This document shows, one piece after another, positions 36,888-48,268 of a stretch of 64,000 nt of DNA (its first letter is position 1; each line of letters begins with the position of its first letter). A program made the translations under genes and the position numbers. Location: assembly GCF_018977255.1 (NCBI RefSeq), contig NW_024704743.1, forward strand, positions 11,720,001 to 11,784,000. Direction: 5' to 3'. The notes under the pieces were generated by a model, which was given only the letters and a program-made list of their open reading frames with translations, made no database searches and was not told the DNA's origin. This stretch comes from Callorhinchus milii. Lineage: Eukaryota.

Positions 36888-36970
36888 GGGGATTTCCAGC
36901 TGTGCTTTCCCCTTTAACTGAACTTTGGAAGCTGCAAAGGTGAAAGTGAAACAAGATTTTGTGATGTCAA
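36888..36970 (+). promoter_or_regulatory. Candidate inducible promoter of the NUB1-like gene: NF-kB site, IRF-E/ISRE and CRE-like site
   Basis: GGGGATTTCC at 36888-36897 (matches GGGRNWYYCC), partial kB GCTTTCCCC at 36904-36912, GAAAGTGAAAC at 36942-36952, TGATGTCA at 36962-36969, all just upstream of a strong splice donor. Confidence 0.55.
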
Positions 36971-36989
36971 AGCTCCTGAGTAACAACAA

Positions 36990-37064
36990 CACTGCACCTT
37001 CTCACTTCCAGTTTCTGCTTCAATTTGAGGCAGAAGAGGATTTGATACAGGAAAAGACTTAAGG
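36990..37064 (+). other. Candidate non-coding first exon of the NUB1-like gene (start approximate)
   Basis: Unique sequence ending in the consensus donor AGG|GTGAGT (intron begins 37065). Splicing to 38208 places an in-frame TAA (37060-37062) upstream of ATG 38221. Confidence 0.5.
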
Positions 37065-37094
37065 GTGAGTGAAAGAGACTGCCAACAACTTGCA

Positions 37095-37690
37095 TAGCTC
37101 GACTATCCCAACGCCTTGCTCGTCAGCCTTCCCAACTCTTCCCTCCACAAGGCACAGCTCATCCAGAACTCTGAGGCTCGTGTCCTCTCCCACACCCGGC
37201 TCTGTGACCCAATCACACGCAGCCTTGCCCAGCTCCACTGGCTCCCCGTGCCTCAGAGGATCAAGTTAAATATTCTCGTCCCCCCTTACCTTCAAGGCCC
37301 TCCATGGTCTTGCCCCCTTCTACTTCTCCGACCTCCTAACCCCTTATCAACCTGCCCGCTCCCTCTGCTCAGCAGGCTCTGGTCTGCTCCACGTCCTCCG
37401 TCTGACCTGCCCCACCATCAGCGCTTGGGCCATCAACCTCTCTGCCCCCACTCTCTGGAGCTCTATTCCACATTCCCTTTGGGTCGTTCTCTCCCTTGCC
37501 TCCTTCAAGGCACACCTCAAGACTCTCCTCTTCGACTGTAACTTTGCCACCCTCTCTGCCCTCCACCCTGCCTGATCTCGACTCCGCCCCCCAGCCCCGC
37601 TTGGGTCCTAATCCCCTCACCGTTCAGCGTTTTGGGACGTCCTCCCGATGTGAAAGGCGCTTTACAAATGTAATTTAGTTTTGTATTGTA
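37095..37690 (+). mobile_element. L2 3' fragment
   Basis: QLIQNSEARVL...LAQLHWLPVPQRIK; tail gggacgtcctcccgatgtgaaaggcgc. Confidence 0.88.
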
Positions 37691-38220
37691 TAGCGTCTCT
37701 CATGTGGAGTAGTGTGACAGAGGTGGAGGAAAGCGGTCTTGGTTAGGGACCAGATGTGCGGTAGAAAGGACGATTGAAGATTGAACCTGACACCTACATT
37801 AAGTACAGGTTCAATAAGTCTGAGGTTGGAGCCGCAGGTGAGAAGACATTTATGGGAGCCAAAAAGTATTCGGGCTATTCGGACCGTCATATCTGGGCTG
37901 GCTCTTTAAAAGAGCAACCCACCTAGTCCTATAATTGAGACTTTACACCAAGGTCCCTTCTATACCTGCTCAGGTGGATATTAAAGGTACTGTGTTACTA
38001 TTTCTGCTCGGCAATGCCCTGGATAATATCAATCATTTAACTTTATGGCTATTTGTGGAACATTGCTATGCACAAATTGGCTGCCACATTCGTCCACAAA
38101 ACACAAAGTGACTCCACTTACGCAAGTAAATATCCAATTTGAAATGTTCTGATGATATGATAAGGTGGTGTATCCGATGCAAAGATCATTATTTGGATCC
38201 TTTTTAGTCAAGAGAAGAAG

Positions 38221-38313
38221 ATGACTGATCGTACAATGGAAGTGAATGAAGGATCGGCATGCGGCAGCTCAAAATCTGTGACCATTTTCATTAATTCACC
38301 AAATGAATGTCAG
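38221..38313 (+). CDS. NUB1-like paralog, first coding exon (acceptor at 38208, ATG at 38221)
   Basis: tttttag acceptor; MTDRTMEVNEGSACGSSKSVTIFINSPNECQ, with VTIFI fitting UBL strand 1 (NUB1 ATIEVF); CAG|GTAAGA donor in phase 0, matching the next exon. Confidence 0.7.
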
Positions 38314-38344
38314 GTAAGAGTGTTGACCAGCGAAGTCTAAGCTC

Positions 38345-38590
38345 ATACTCTAATGCACCATTGGGAGTGTGTTGCATTGTCAGAGGTGCCATCCTTCAGA
38401 TGAGACGTTAAATCGAGGCTCTGTCTGCCTGTTCAGGTGGATGTTAAAGATCCCATGGCATTATTCAAAAAGAGAAGGGAGTTTCTCCCAAGGTCCTGGC
38501 CAACAATACCCCAAATAAAATTGGTCACTTGATTCATGGCTGTTTGTGGGACACAGCTATGCGCAATTGTGCTGCCACGTTTGCTTACAA
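38345..38590 (+). mobile_element. Deu-domain SINE (SacSINE1-like) fragment
   Basis: gatgagacgttaaa...ctgcctgttcaggtggatgttaaagatcccatggca; related copies near 19600-20010, 36700-36845, 39140-39400, 41060-41295(-), 48270-48590, 56430-56700, 62690-62985. Confidence 0.8.
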
Positions 38591-38988
38591 ATATGGGAGT
38601 GGAATCGCTGCAGGTGGAAGGCCAGAGAGAGACGAGGTCCAAGGATAAAAGGACATTTGTGAGGGACTTGTGTGGAAGATTTTTCCACGGGCAGAATAGA
38701 ATGGAAGAGGGCTTGGAGGAGGGGAGAGAGATGCAAGAGGACAGGGAGATGAGGAAATGGCCAGAGATGGCCTTGTCTGTGATGGACAGATCGGAGATGT
38801 CAAGACTGCACCCTGCTTACCTAATATCCAGAGAGGATTAGGCCTCTTAGTATTAAATTGTCTCAAAATAGCAAGTCTCTTTGGGTTCAACCCCTGCTCG
38901 GGTCTAAATCCCTGACTGTCAAACGCCTTGGGACATCCTCCTGGTGTGAAAGGTGCTATACAAATGGAAGTTGTTGTTGTTGTTTCAG

Positions 38989-39059
38989 GGTGCTGGAAAC
39001 AAAACCAAGCATACTGTGCAAATTAACCTGACTGCTACTGGGAAAGATCTGAGAGCAAG
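38989..39059 (+). CDS. NUB1-like paralog exon, UBL domain, phase 0 to 2
   Basis: tttcag acceptor; GAGNKTKHTVQINLTATGKDLRA(R), cf. human NUB1 LETRLHITGRELRSK; AG|GTAGAG donor. Confidence 0.85.
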
Positions 39060-39653
39060 GTAGAGTATTTTAAACAAGATGAATTTAAGGCTAATGTGAA
39101 AATATGGTCACCCTACCTGACACATTTTTTACATCAAAACAGCAGTGTTGGTGGTGGGCTGCATTGTCAGGAGTGCTGTCCTTCAGATGACATGTTAAAC
39201 CCAGGACTGGTCTGTGCCTGTTCAGGTGGACATTAAAGATCCAGTGGCACACCCGAAAAGAGAGAGAATTTCTCCAGGTGTCCTCGTCAACAATCCTTCA
39301 AATAAACAATAATTTGTCATTCACTTCCCGGCTGTCTGTGGGACATTGTTAATTGGCAATACACAGTCAATAAACTTTACAGTAGAATCCTGTCAAGTGC
39401 TTTTGAGTTGTCTCAATAATAATACTTGCATTTGATATTGCGCCTTATCAGGTCTTCGAGACGTCTCAAAGTGCTTCACAGGATATACTGTAAAGTGAAC
39501 TGACTATATTTTGTGGGCCTCAATGACGTAATAAGGCACTATATCAAACTCAAGGATGATTATTATTAAAAATAGTGAAGTACGATTCACCATATCTTTC
39601 ATTGCATATGCTGGTTTAGATATTATGTCTTAATTTGTCCCATTAATTTTCAG

Positions 39654-39724
39654 AGTCTCGGATTTGGTTAAGATAGAACAAGAATGCATTGAGCTGATAT
39701 ACTGCGGCAGGAATCTTGATATGG
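39654..39724 (+). CDS. NUB1-like paralog exon, UBL domain, phase 2 to 1
   Basis: ttttcag acceptor; VSDLVKIEQECIELIYCGRNLDM, with the ubiquitin-fold motif LIYCGRNL (ubiquitin LIFAGKQL); G|GTAAGT donor. Confidence 0.88.
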
Positions 39725-40017
39725 GTAAGTACTCCAGATCCCAGACTCTGTGATCTGTGTACCCTGCTTGGGTAGTTTCGTAAGTCTCACATTTAGTATC
39801 AGTGTTGTACAATCTGCATTGATGATTTTTTTTGGCATTAAACAACAACAATTTGCATTGATACAGTGCCCTTCATGTGGGATAACATCTTACAGCGCAC
39901 TTTCATTTTATCCTTCGTGAAGGGCTCTATATAAATGCAAGTTGGTGTTGCTGTTGTTTATTTTGGTCAGCCGGGTGTCTGAGACACACAGCCATGGAAT
40001 GAATGACTAATTTTATT

Positions 40018-41060
40018 TAGAATCAGAATATTACAACACAGGAGTCTATTCCCCCGCTTGTTCCTCATACCCCTTGTCAAGCACCTATCTAATTGCAGTG
40101 CATTCCAGACCATAACAACTCCCGGTGTAAAATAATTCTCCTCATCTTCTGTCTGGTTCTTTTGCCAATTATCTTAAATATATGGCCCTGGTCATGACCC
40201 ACCGGCCAGTGGAAACAGTTTCTCCCTATCTACTCTATCAAAACCCCTCATAATTTTGAACACCTCTATTAAATCTCTCCTTAACCTTCTCTGTTCTAAG
40301 GAGAACAATTCCAGCTTCTCCAGTCTCTCACATAACTAAAGTTCTTCATCCATAGTACCATTCTGGTAAATCTTCTCTGCATTCTCTTCAAAGCTTTGAT
40401 ATTCTTCCTAAAGTGTGTTACCCAGAATTGGACACAGTATTCCAGTTGAGGCCTAACAAGGTTCAGCAGAACTTGCTTGCTTTTGTACTCTGTGTCTCTA
40501 TTTATAAAGCTAAGGATTCCATAAACATTTTTAACAGCTCTGTCATCCTGTCCTGCCACATTCAAAGACCTGTGTATGTGAACCCCCAGGTCTCTCTGCT
40601 CCTGTACCCCTTTAAAACTGTACCATTTATTGCCTTTCCAAATTGCATCACCTCACAATTCTCTGCATTAAACTTCATCTGCCATGTGTCTGCCCATTTT
40701 ACCAGCTTGTCTATGTCTTCCTGCAGTCTGCTACCATCCTCCTCACTGTTTACTATATTCCCAAGTTTTGTGTCATCTGCAGACTTTCACATTTTGCTCT
40801 CTATGCCCAAGTCCAAGTCATTCACAGATATCAAAAAGAGCAGTGGATCTAATATCGACCCCTGGGGGACACTCCTGTATACTTCCCTCCAGTCTGAAAA
40901 ACAACCATTCACCGCTACCCTCTACTTTCTCCCAGCCAATTTTCTATCCATGCTGCCACTGTCCCTTGTATCCCGTAGCTTCAATTTTGCTAACTAGTCT
41001 ATTACGTGGCACCTTATCAAACGCCTTCTGAAGGTCCATATACACAACATCAACTCCACT
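40018..41060 (-). mobile_element. CR1 3' fragment
   Basis: VYMDLQKAFDKVP, LVRPQLEYCVQFW. Confidence 0.9.
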
Positions 41061-41760
41061 ACCTATTTGGGGGATTGATGGCCAGGACACTGGAAGAAAC
41101 TCCCTTCTCTGTTCAAATGGTGCCACAGGATCTTTAATGTCCACTTGAACAGGCGGATCTCAGTTTAACGTCTCATCCAAAGGACGGCACCTTTGTCAAT
41201 GCAATGCAACTCTAGCACTGCACTGGAATATCAGTTTAGACTGTGTGAGTTCAAGTCTCAACCTGAATGCTACCTCTGAGTCAGGCTGACACACATGTCA
41301 CCTTGGAGTCAGTTCAGTTCCAAGGAGACCTCACTTAACTCTCCCCGAAGGAGGATAGTCCCTAGTTAGTCATTTTACATCCAACAAGCGTGGATTTGAG
41401 GTGGATGTCACGTACCAGAAACTCCCCGCGAGCTTCCTGGTGAACTCAGCATGATATGCGTGAGAGCATTGCCACCATCTTCCTGCCCACAGGACGGACA
41501 CAGAGTTTAACCAGCTAAAGCTGCATAGCTTGCCATTGTCGAACTAGGGCCAGCCAACCCGTTTGGACTTTGCCTTTGAGGGTGAAAAGGAGCTGAATGA
41601 GAAGAATCCCTACTCTGTGTGACCAATCTTCCCCTCCAAGTCCTACTGACGAGCCAGGCTGATCTGATGTGTCATCAGTGGGCCCTGAGTTCCTCATGAG
41701 TGGAGAGGGGGAATGGAATGAGTTTAGTGCAGCACCTGTATTTGTGATTTGTTTTCTCAG

Positions 41761-41892
41761 AAAAACCTCTGTCGGAACAGAAAATAGTCGACAAAGCAAG
41801 AGTTCGGGTGAAAAAGATAGACATGAAAGCAAGAGAGGAGGAGCGCTGCCTGTCCAGGATAAAGAAAGGAGCAGATCTACTGGTTCAGCGAG
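41761..41892 (+). CDS. NUB1-like paralog exon, end of UBL plus linker, phase 1 to 1
   Basis: ttttctcag acceptor; (E)KPLSEQKIVDKARVRVKKIDMKAREEERCLSRIKKGADLLVQR, cf. human KTLEEQGV...IQRTKRGLEILAKR; G|GTCAGT donor. Confidence 0.88.
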
Positions 41893-42333
41893 GTCAGTGG
41901 TCAGGTAACCTCTGCTAGTACAGGCCATATTTGGATACTGGACAAGCACAGGATTGGACTCGGTTGTGGTGTCCTCACAAATAGTGGAATCCTGTAGCAT
42001 ATTGGTTAGAGCACCACCTCACAAGTGAGAGGCCTCATGTTCGAATTCTAGGCAGGGAGAAGCCTTAGGCAAGTTTCCTTACTCCATACGCCTCTGTTCA
42101 CCCAGCAGGAAGTAGGAACCTGGTTGTTAGTCGATTGATGGATCGCTTTCCGGGGGTAATAACAAACATTCGTGGATTGAGTGACCAAATGATTTACTTA
42201 TTTATTTATGAAGGGATTATTACCCTTGAAAAGGTTAACTAAGGTTTCGCCCGGCCAGGAAATCGAAACCAGATACTCTCACTTGCGAGGCGAGTGTTCT
42301 TGCTGTTGATGATTTCTTTGGTTTTGTTTCCAG

Positions 42334-42413
42334 GTGAAAATTTTGAAAAGACCTATTTAAAAATTACAAATGAGAAATTGGAAGTTGTTGAGGTCCCAGA
42401 AAAAGAGCGGGTG
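42334..42413 (+). CDS. NUB1-like paralog exon, homologous to 12688-12776, phase 1 to 0
   Basis: tttccag acceptor; (G)ENFEKTYLKITNEKLEVVEVPEKERV vs (G)ENTDLSNAPYLEVADQKGRPIPIPAVEKK; GTG|GTGAGT donor. Confidence 0.88.
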
Positions 42414-42545
42414 GTGAGTATTGACCCGAACTTCAGTTGAAATTGTTTTTTTTTTGTGCCTCCAGATCCGTACAAGATCGCTTAAGCTGAAAAATCAGCC
42501 CCTCATTCTCTCCCACTCATTGCTCTGACTCTGAGGTGACAGTGT

Positions 42546-43484
42546 GCCGGGCTGACACACACTCTGAGCCGGGCTGACGCACACTCTGAGCCGGGCTGAC
42601 GCACACACTGAGCCGGGCTGACGCACACTCTGAGCCGGGCTGACGCACACTCTGAGCCGGGCTGACGCACACACTGAGCCGGGCTGACGCACACTCTGAG
42701 CCGGGCTGACGCACACTCTGAGCCGGGCTGACGCACACACTGAGCCGGGCTGACGCACACACTGAGCCGGGCTGACGCACACTCTAAGCCGGGCTGACGC
42801 ACACTCTGAGCCGGGCTGACGCACACTCTGAGCCGGGCTGACGCACACTCTGAGCCGGGCTGACGCACACTCTGAGCCGGGCTGACGCACACCTGAGCCG
42901 GGCTGACGCACACTCTGAGCCGGGCTGACGCACACTCTGAGCCGGGCTGACGCACACTCTGAGCCGGGCTGACGCACACTCTGAGCCGGGCTGACGCACA
43001 CTCTGAGCCGGGCTGACGCACACTCTGAGCCGGGCTGACGCACACTCTGAGCCGGGCTGACGCACACTCTGAGCCGGGCTGACGCACACTCTGAGCCGGG
43101 CTGACGCACACTCTGAGCCGGGCTGACGCACACTCTGAGCCGGGCTGACGCACACTCTGAGCCGGGCTGACGCACACTCTGAGCCGGGCTGACGCACACT
43201 CTGAGCCGGGCTGACGCACACTCTGAGCCGGGCTGACGCACACTCTGAGCCGGGCTGACGCACACTCTGAGCCGGCCTGACGCACACTCTGAGCCGGCCT
43301 GACGCACACTCTGAGCCGGCCTGACGCACACTCTGAGCCGGCCTGACGCACACTCTGAGCCGGCCTGACGCACACACGGAGCCGGCCTGACGCACACACG
43401 GAGCCGGCCTGACGCACACACGGAGCCGGCCTGACGCACACACGGAGCCGGCCTGACGCACACACGGAGCCGGCCTGACGCACA
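42546..43484. repeat. 22-bp minisatellite, about 43 units, consensus CTGAGCCGGGCTGACGCACACT
   Basis: Read directly; the 22-aa periodicity of the overlapping ORFs (66 nt = 3 units) confirms the unit length. Confidence 0.97.
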
Positions 43485-43782
43485 TAAACTTGCCCAAGAT
43501 TTCGCCCCGTCCAGGAATCGAACCTGGTTCCTCTTGCTTGTAAAGAGAGAGTTCTAATTCTACGTGACGGAACTCCACAACTTTGCAGTCATTCTGTGGG
43601 ACGCCTATCTCTGTGGGGAGACATTCTTGATGTGATAGATGCTTTGCCAAATGCAAGAATTATAAATATTGTAACAACAACAATTTGCATTTATATAGCG
43701 CCCTTCCTGCCAGTCGGGGTCTCGGAGCACTTATAGCTGCCATTTCTCTTTAATTGATTGTTTTTGTTTGGTTCTTGCACAG

Positions 43783-43895
43783 GCCATTTTAACAGCCTTG
43801 GTTCTGCACGAAACAGCCCGAGATTACATGAAGCCGGAGAAGCAGGACTGGACCAGAGCCCTGAAATTTTTGAAGTTTGCAGAGGAAGCATTTGG
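43783..43895 (+). CDS. NUB1-like paralog exon, homologous to 13939-14045, phase 0 to 2
   Basis: ttgcacag acceptor; AILTALVLHETARDYMKPEKQDWTRALKFLKFAEEAF(G); GG|GTAATA donor. Confidence 0.9.
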
Positions 43896-43896
43896 G

Positions 43897-44234
43897 TAAT
43901 AATAATAATAATATAATAATAATCCTTGCATTTGATATAGCGCTTTTCACGTCAGGAGGACGTCCCAAAGCGCTTCACAGAACACACTGTAAAGTGAATT
44001 GACTGTATATTTGTGGGCGAACGCGGCAGCCAATTGCGCACAGCAGTGTCCCACAAACAGTCGTAGATTGAAAATGACCAATTTTTTATTATTGTTTTTT
44101 GTTTTTGGAGGGATTATTATTAGGCTCTGTGTGGAGTAAGGAAACTTGCCCAAGGTTTCGCCCTCTGCCTGGAATTGAACCCTGGTCTCTCGCTTGCAAA
44201 GCGAGTGCTCTAACCACTGAGCTACAGGACTCCA
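43897..44234 (-). mobile_element. Young full-length tRNA(Ala)-like SINE abutting a splice donor
   Basis: Reverse complement of 61141-61469; (TAA)n tail begins inside the donor GTAATA; gtaat recurs at 44236-44240. Confidence 0.92.
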
Positions 44235-44248
44235 TGTAATGTTGGAGC

Positions 44249-45060
44249 CATAGGAACATAAGAACAGGAATAGACCATTCAGCCCTTCAATCCTGTTCCA
44301 CCATTTAACTAGATCATGGCTGATCTGTACCTCAACTAATCCTTTCAATTCCAATTTCTCACTTTCTCCGCATGTCCCTTAATATCCTGACCCACCAAAG
44401 ATCTATCAACCTCACTATTGAAGGTGTGGATGGATCCAGCATCCATGGCCTTTTGGGGGAGAGAATTCCAGATTCCTACCACCCTTTGAGTGAAAAAAAT
44501 GCTTCCTGATTTCACTCTTAAATAGTATGGTTCTAATTTTAAGACTATTCCCCCTTGTTTTGGATTCCCGAACCAGAGGAAATAGATTCTCTGTACCTAT
44601 CAAATCCCTTTATCATCTTAAATACCTCAATCAAATCACCCCTCAACCTTCTAAGCTCAAGGGGATACAATCCAAGTTTACACAGCCTTTCCTCGTAACT
44701 TAACCCCTTTAGGCCTGGTAACATTCTAGTGAACCTGTGCTGCACCCCCTCCAGAACCAATATATCTTTCCTGAGGTGTGATACCCAAACCTGAACGCAG
44801 TCTTCAGATGTGATCTGACTAACGCTCTATACAACTGAATCATTTCTTCCCTTTTGTATTCCAGGCCCCTTGAGGTAAAGGCCAACATTCCATTCACCTT
44901 TTTGATTACTTTTTGCACTTGGGAACTAGTTTTTAGTGATTTGTGGATATGGACACCCAAATCTCTTTGCTCCTCCACAGTTCTTAATTTCTCCCCATCA
45001 AAAAAAATTCTGCTATATCTTTTTTCGGTCCATAGTGGATGAGCTCACAGTTTCCCTACA
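44249..45060 (-). mobile_element. CR1 3' fragment, near-identical to 9550-10290
   Basis: Same translated segments (VLEGVQHRFTRMLPGLKGLSYEERLCKLGLYPLELRRLRGDLIEVFK). Confidence 0.93.
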
Positions 45061-45533
45061 TGTGATAAGGTGCTACATCAAATGCAAGGATTATCATTAT
45101 TATCACCTTTATAATTATTATAAACAAGGCTCCATCTGCCTGTTCATGTCAATATTAAAGATCCCAAGGCACTACTCCAAAAGAGAAGGGAGTTTCTCTT
45201 GGTGTCCTGGCCAACAATCCCACAGATAAACTTGGTCGTCAACTTCACGGCTGTTTGTGGGATGTGGCTGTGCACAAATTGGCTCATGTGTTCACCAATA
45301 AAATGCACAATCACTACGGTTTACAGTAAATCCTGTGAAGCACTTTGGGACGTCCGACCGACGTTCAACGCATACTGTATGGATTGTTATGATTACTATT
45401 ATTATTGTGTAAAACATGCAGTCAGATCGCAGGCAGAAGAAGCTGTCCCTTCAGACAGTAGCAGGAAGATTGGCCATGTGTTGGTTGGACAGGTTCTATT
45501 AGGTTTCTTTTCACGCATTGCCTCTTTTCACAG

Positions 45534-45720
45534 TGAGTGCAATCAGGACTATATCAAATACATCGATAATAATGGAGTCCTCAATCTAGACGTACTTTGG
45601 TGTTACATGAAGCTGGAGAAACAACCTTCCCTTGAAGAAGCAAACAAAAGATTGGAAAATGCTGAGATGTACCTGAAAAATACCTTTGAGAAAAACACGG
45701 AGTCAGATCAGGAACATGAG
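45534..45720 (+). CDS. NUB1-like paralog exon, homologous to 17088-17274 (same 187-nt length), phase 2 to 0
   Basis: ECNQDYIKYIDNNGVLNLDVLWCYMKLEKQPSLEEANKRLENAEMYLKNTFEKNTESDQEHE; 20/62 identities to the NUB1 exon by hand count; GAG|GTCAGT donor. Confidence 0.93.
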
Positions 45721-45834
45721 GTCAGTTATTGTTATGAGCAAGGAGGCATTGACTCGCTTAGTTCGGTGGCTTCTGCACAATATTGGGGCTGGAAAAGTGC
45801 TAATTTAAGTGCCGCATGAAGAATGTTATATAAA

Positions 45835-46195
45835 TAATAATCCTTGCATTTGATACAGCACCTTATCACGTTGTTGAAACATCTCAAAGCGCTTCACAGA
45901 ATATCATGTAAAATGGGTTGACTGCATATTTTGTGGATGAAGTGCAGCAGCCAATTGCACAAAGCTGTCCCAACAAATAGTCGTGGATTGGGTGACCAAA
46001 TTATAATTTAGAGTAGGGATTATTGCCCCCAATGAGATCTGTCAATCGAGTAACAACCAGGTTCCTAATTACTGCTAGATAAACATAAGCGTGTGGAATA
46101 AGGAAACTTGTCTAAGGTTTTGCCGCACCTGGGAATCAAACCTGGGTCCTCTCGCTTATGAGACAAGTGCTCTGAGCATTATGCTGCAGGATTCC
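45835..46195 (-). mobile_element. tRNA-derived SINE (older)
   Basis: aataatccttgcatttgata tail; gtggaataaggaaacttg body. Confidence 0.82.
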
Positions 46196-47009
46196 GTAAA
46201 TGCAAGTTGTTGTTGTCAGGCCAGCTTGAGCATAAAGGTGACTTCAAAGCTGGGTGCTGTCTCGATCCTCTAGTGAACTAATCATTGGGCAAACAAAAGG
46301 CTCTTCAAAAAGAGACATCTCTGAGGGGACCTTATAGAGGTGTATACGATTTTAATGGGTTTGAGAAAGTAAACCCAGAACAATACTTTTGGATGTGCTG
46401 AGGCATCAGAACAGATACCAGGAAGTGTTATTTTACCCAGAAGTTCATTAACAACTGGAATGGGGTTATCAGGAAGGGTGGTTGAGGCCAGAATACTGGG
46501 ACCCATTTAAGATACTGTAATGGGAGGAATGTGAGCATGGATATCAAATGAGCCAAAGGCCTTCTTCATCCAAACCATTCTTGGGATAAATTGGGCTTTA
46601 GCTTTGTTGTTCATAAATTGACTGCCTACAAAATTTCACAGTTCCTAAACTTGTCAGCAATTACCAATGCAGCATTTTGAGACATTTTGACATTAGTGCC
46701 GCTGTTTCAAATGCCAGAGTAATTTATTATATTATAAAAGTGTCTCCTCCTGGGACCCTCAATTTTGCTGCACTTCAAGAGACTGGCTCTGACCTGAGAT
46801 CAACTCAAAATTCCAGCTTGACTAACATCAGGTCTAATGCATGAGAATCACTTTATGCCCCAACCTGTCTTTTCAAAGGCACTATTAATCCGTACAAACG
46901 TTTATTCAACTTTACAGTCTCCCTTAGATGTCAGTTTTGCTCAATAGTTAGCACTCTCACCTCTGAATCAGAAGGTTGTGGGTTCAAGCCCTACGTCGGT
47001 ACTTCAGCC

Positions 47010-48268
47010 CTAAACACAGAGACGGCGCTTGTCAAACTCACAAATGACGTCCTCTTTCTCTATGACTAGGGCTCCCTCTGCCTCCTGGTCCTGGACCTCT
47101 CGGCCACGTTTGACACATTTAACCACGACATCCTTATCCACTGCATCTCCTTCCTCATCTACTTCAGTGGGACCGCATGAGCCTGATTCGAGTCCAACCT
47201 AACAAACTGCCTTCACTTCAACGGTTTCCCTCCCACCCCACCTGGTCACTTGTGGTGTACTCCAGGGCTGCATCCTTGCCCCCCTCCTCTTCCTCATCTA
47301 TATGCTCCCTCTTGGCGATGTCATCCGCAGACATGGGGTAAACTTCCACACGTTTGCAGATGACACACAAATCTACTTCTCTTCCTCCAGCTGCGAATCC
47401 AGGTCCGCCGATGTTCTCTCTGCTTGTCTGGCGGACATCAGGGCCTGGATAAACGAAAATTTCCTGCAGCTGAATGTGGACAAGACGGAAGCCACACTCA
47501 TTTGCTCCAGTCAACATCTTCTATTCTGTGCCTCTGACCTCCTCAATCTCCCCGGCCTATCCCTCAGACTTACCGAACCAGTGCGCAACCTAGGCATCAG
47601 ATCTTCCCCACATCCGGTCCCTGACCAGCCCCACCTTGCTCCACTTCCTCACATTGCCCACCTCCGACCATACCTAACCCCAGACGCAGCAGAAGCACTC
47701 GTCCATGCGATCGTCACCTCCTGGCTCAACTTTTCAAATACCCTCTCCCCAGCTCCACCATGCCCAGGATCCAGCGGATCCAAAACTCCGTCGCCTGCAT
47801 ACTCATCCGCACTAAACTCCGTACCCCCCATCATACCAATTCCAGCCAGGCTTCACTGGCTCCCTATCGCTGAACATATCGATTTCAAGATCCTCACATT
47901 TGTTTTCAAATCCCTTTATACCCTGGCACCTCCCTCCCTCTACAACCTGTTTCCCCCCCACCCCATCCCACAATCCACTGCCTCCACTCGACTGGCTCTG
48001 GTTTTCTGCATGTCCCTTGCGCCCTCCGTTCCACCATTGGTGGCTGCACTTTCAGCCACTACGCCCCAAAACTCTGGAACACTCTCCCTCTATCCCTTCG
48101 CCTTGCCCCTTCTTTCCCCATCTTCAGGTCAAGCCTGAAGACCTTCCTATTCGACTGTGCCTACAGTCACCTCCCCCTCCCCCGGCTTCGCATCATGCTC
48201 CGCCCCTGTCAAGCTCTCTGGAACGCTACCCTGTGTGAGGGGCGCTATACAAATGTAAATTGTTGTTA
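47010..48268 (+). mobile_element. L2 RT and 3' fragment inserted into a Deu-SINE
   Basis: [29 protein letters not shown] head at 46930-47010 and remainder at 48270-48590. Confidence 0.9.

Noticed and set aside
42546..43484. CRISPR-like array
   Set aside because: Units are contiguous with no unique spacers, and the context is a vertebrate intron.
42495..43656. ORFs of 290-326 aa in three minus-strand frames
   Set aside because: Artefact of a stop-free 22-bp tandem repeat.
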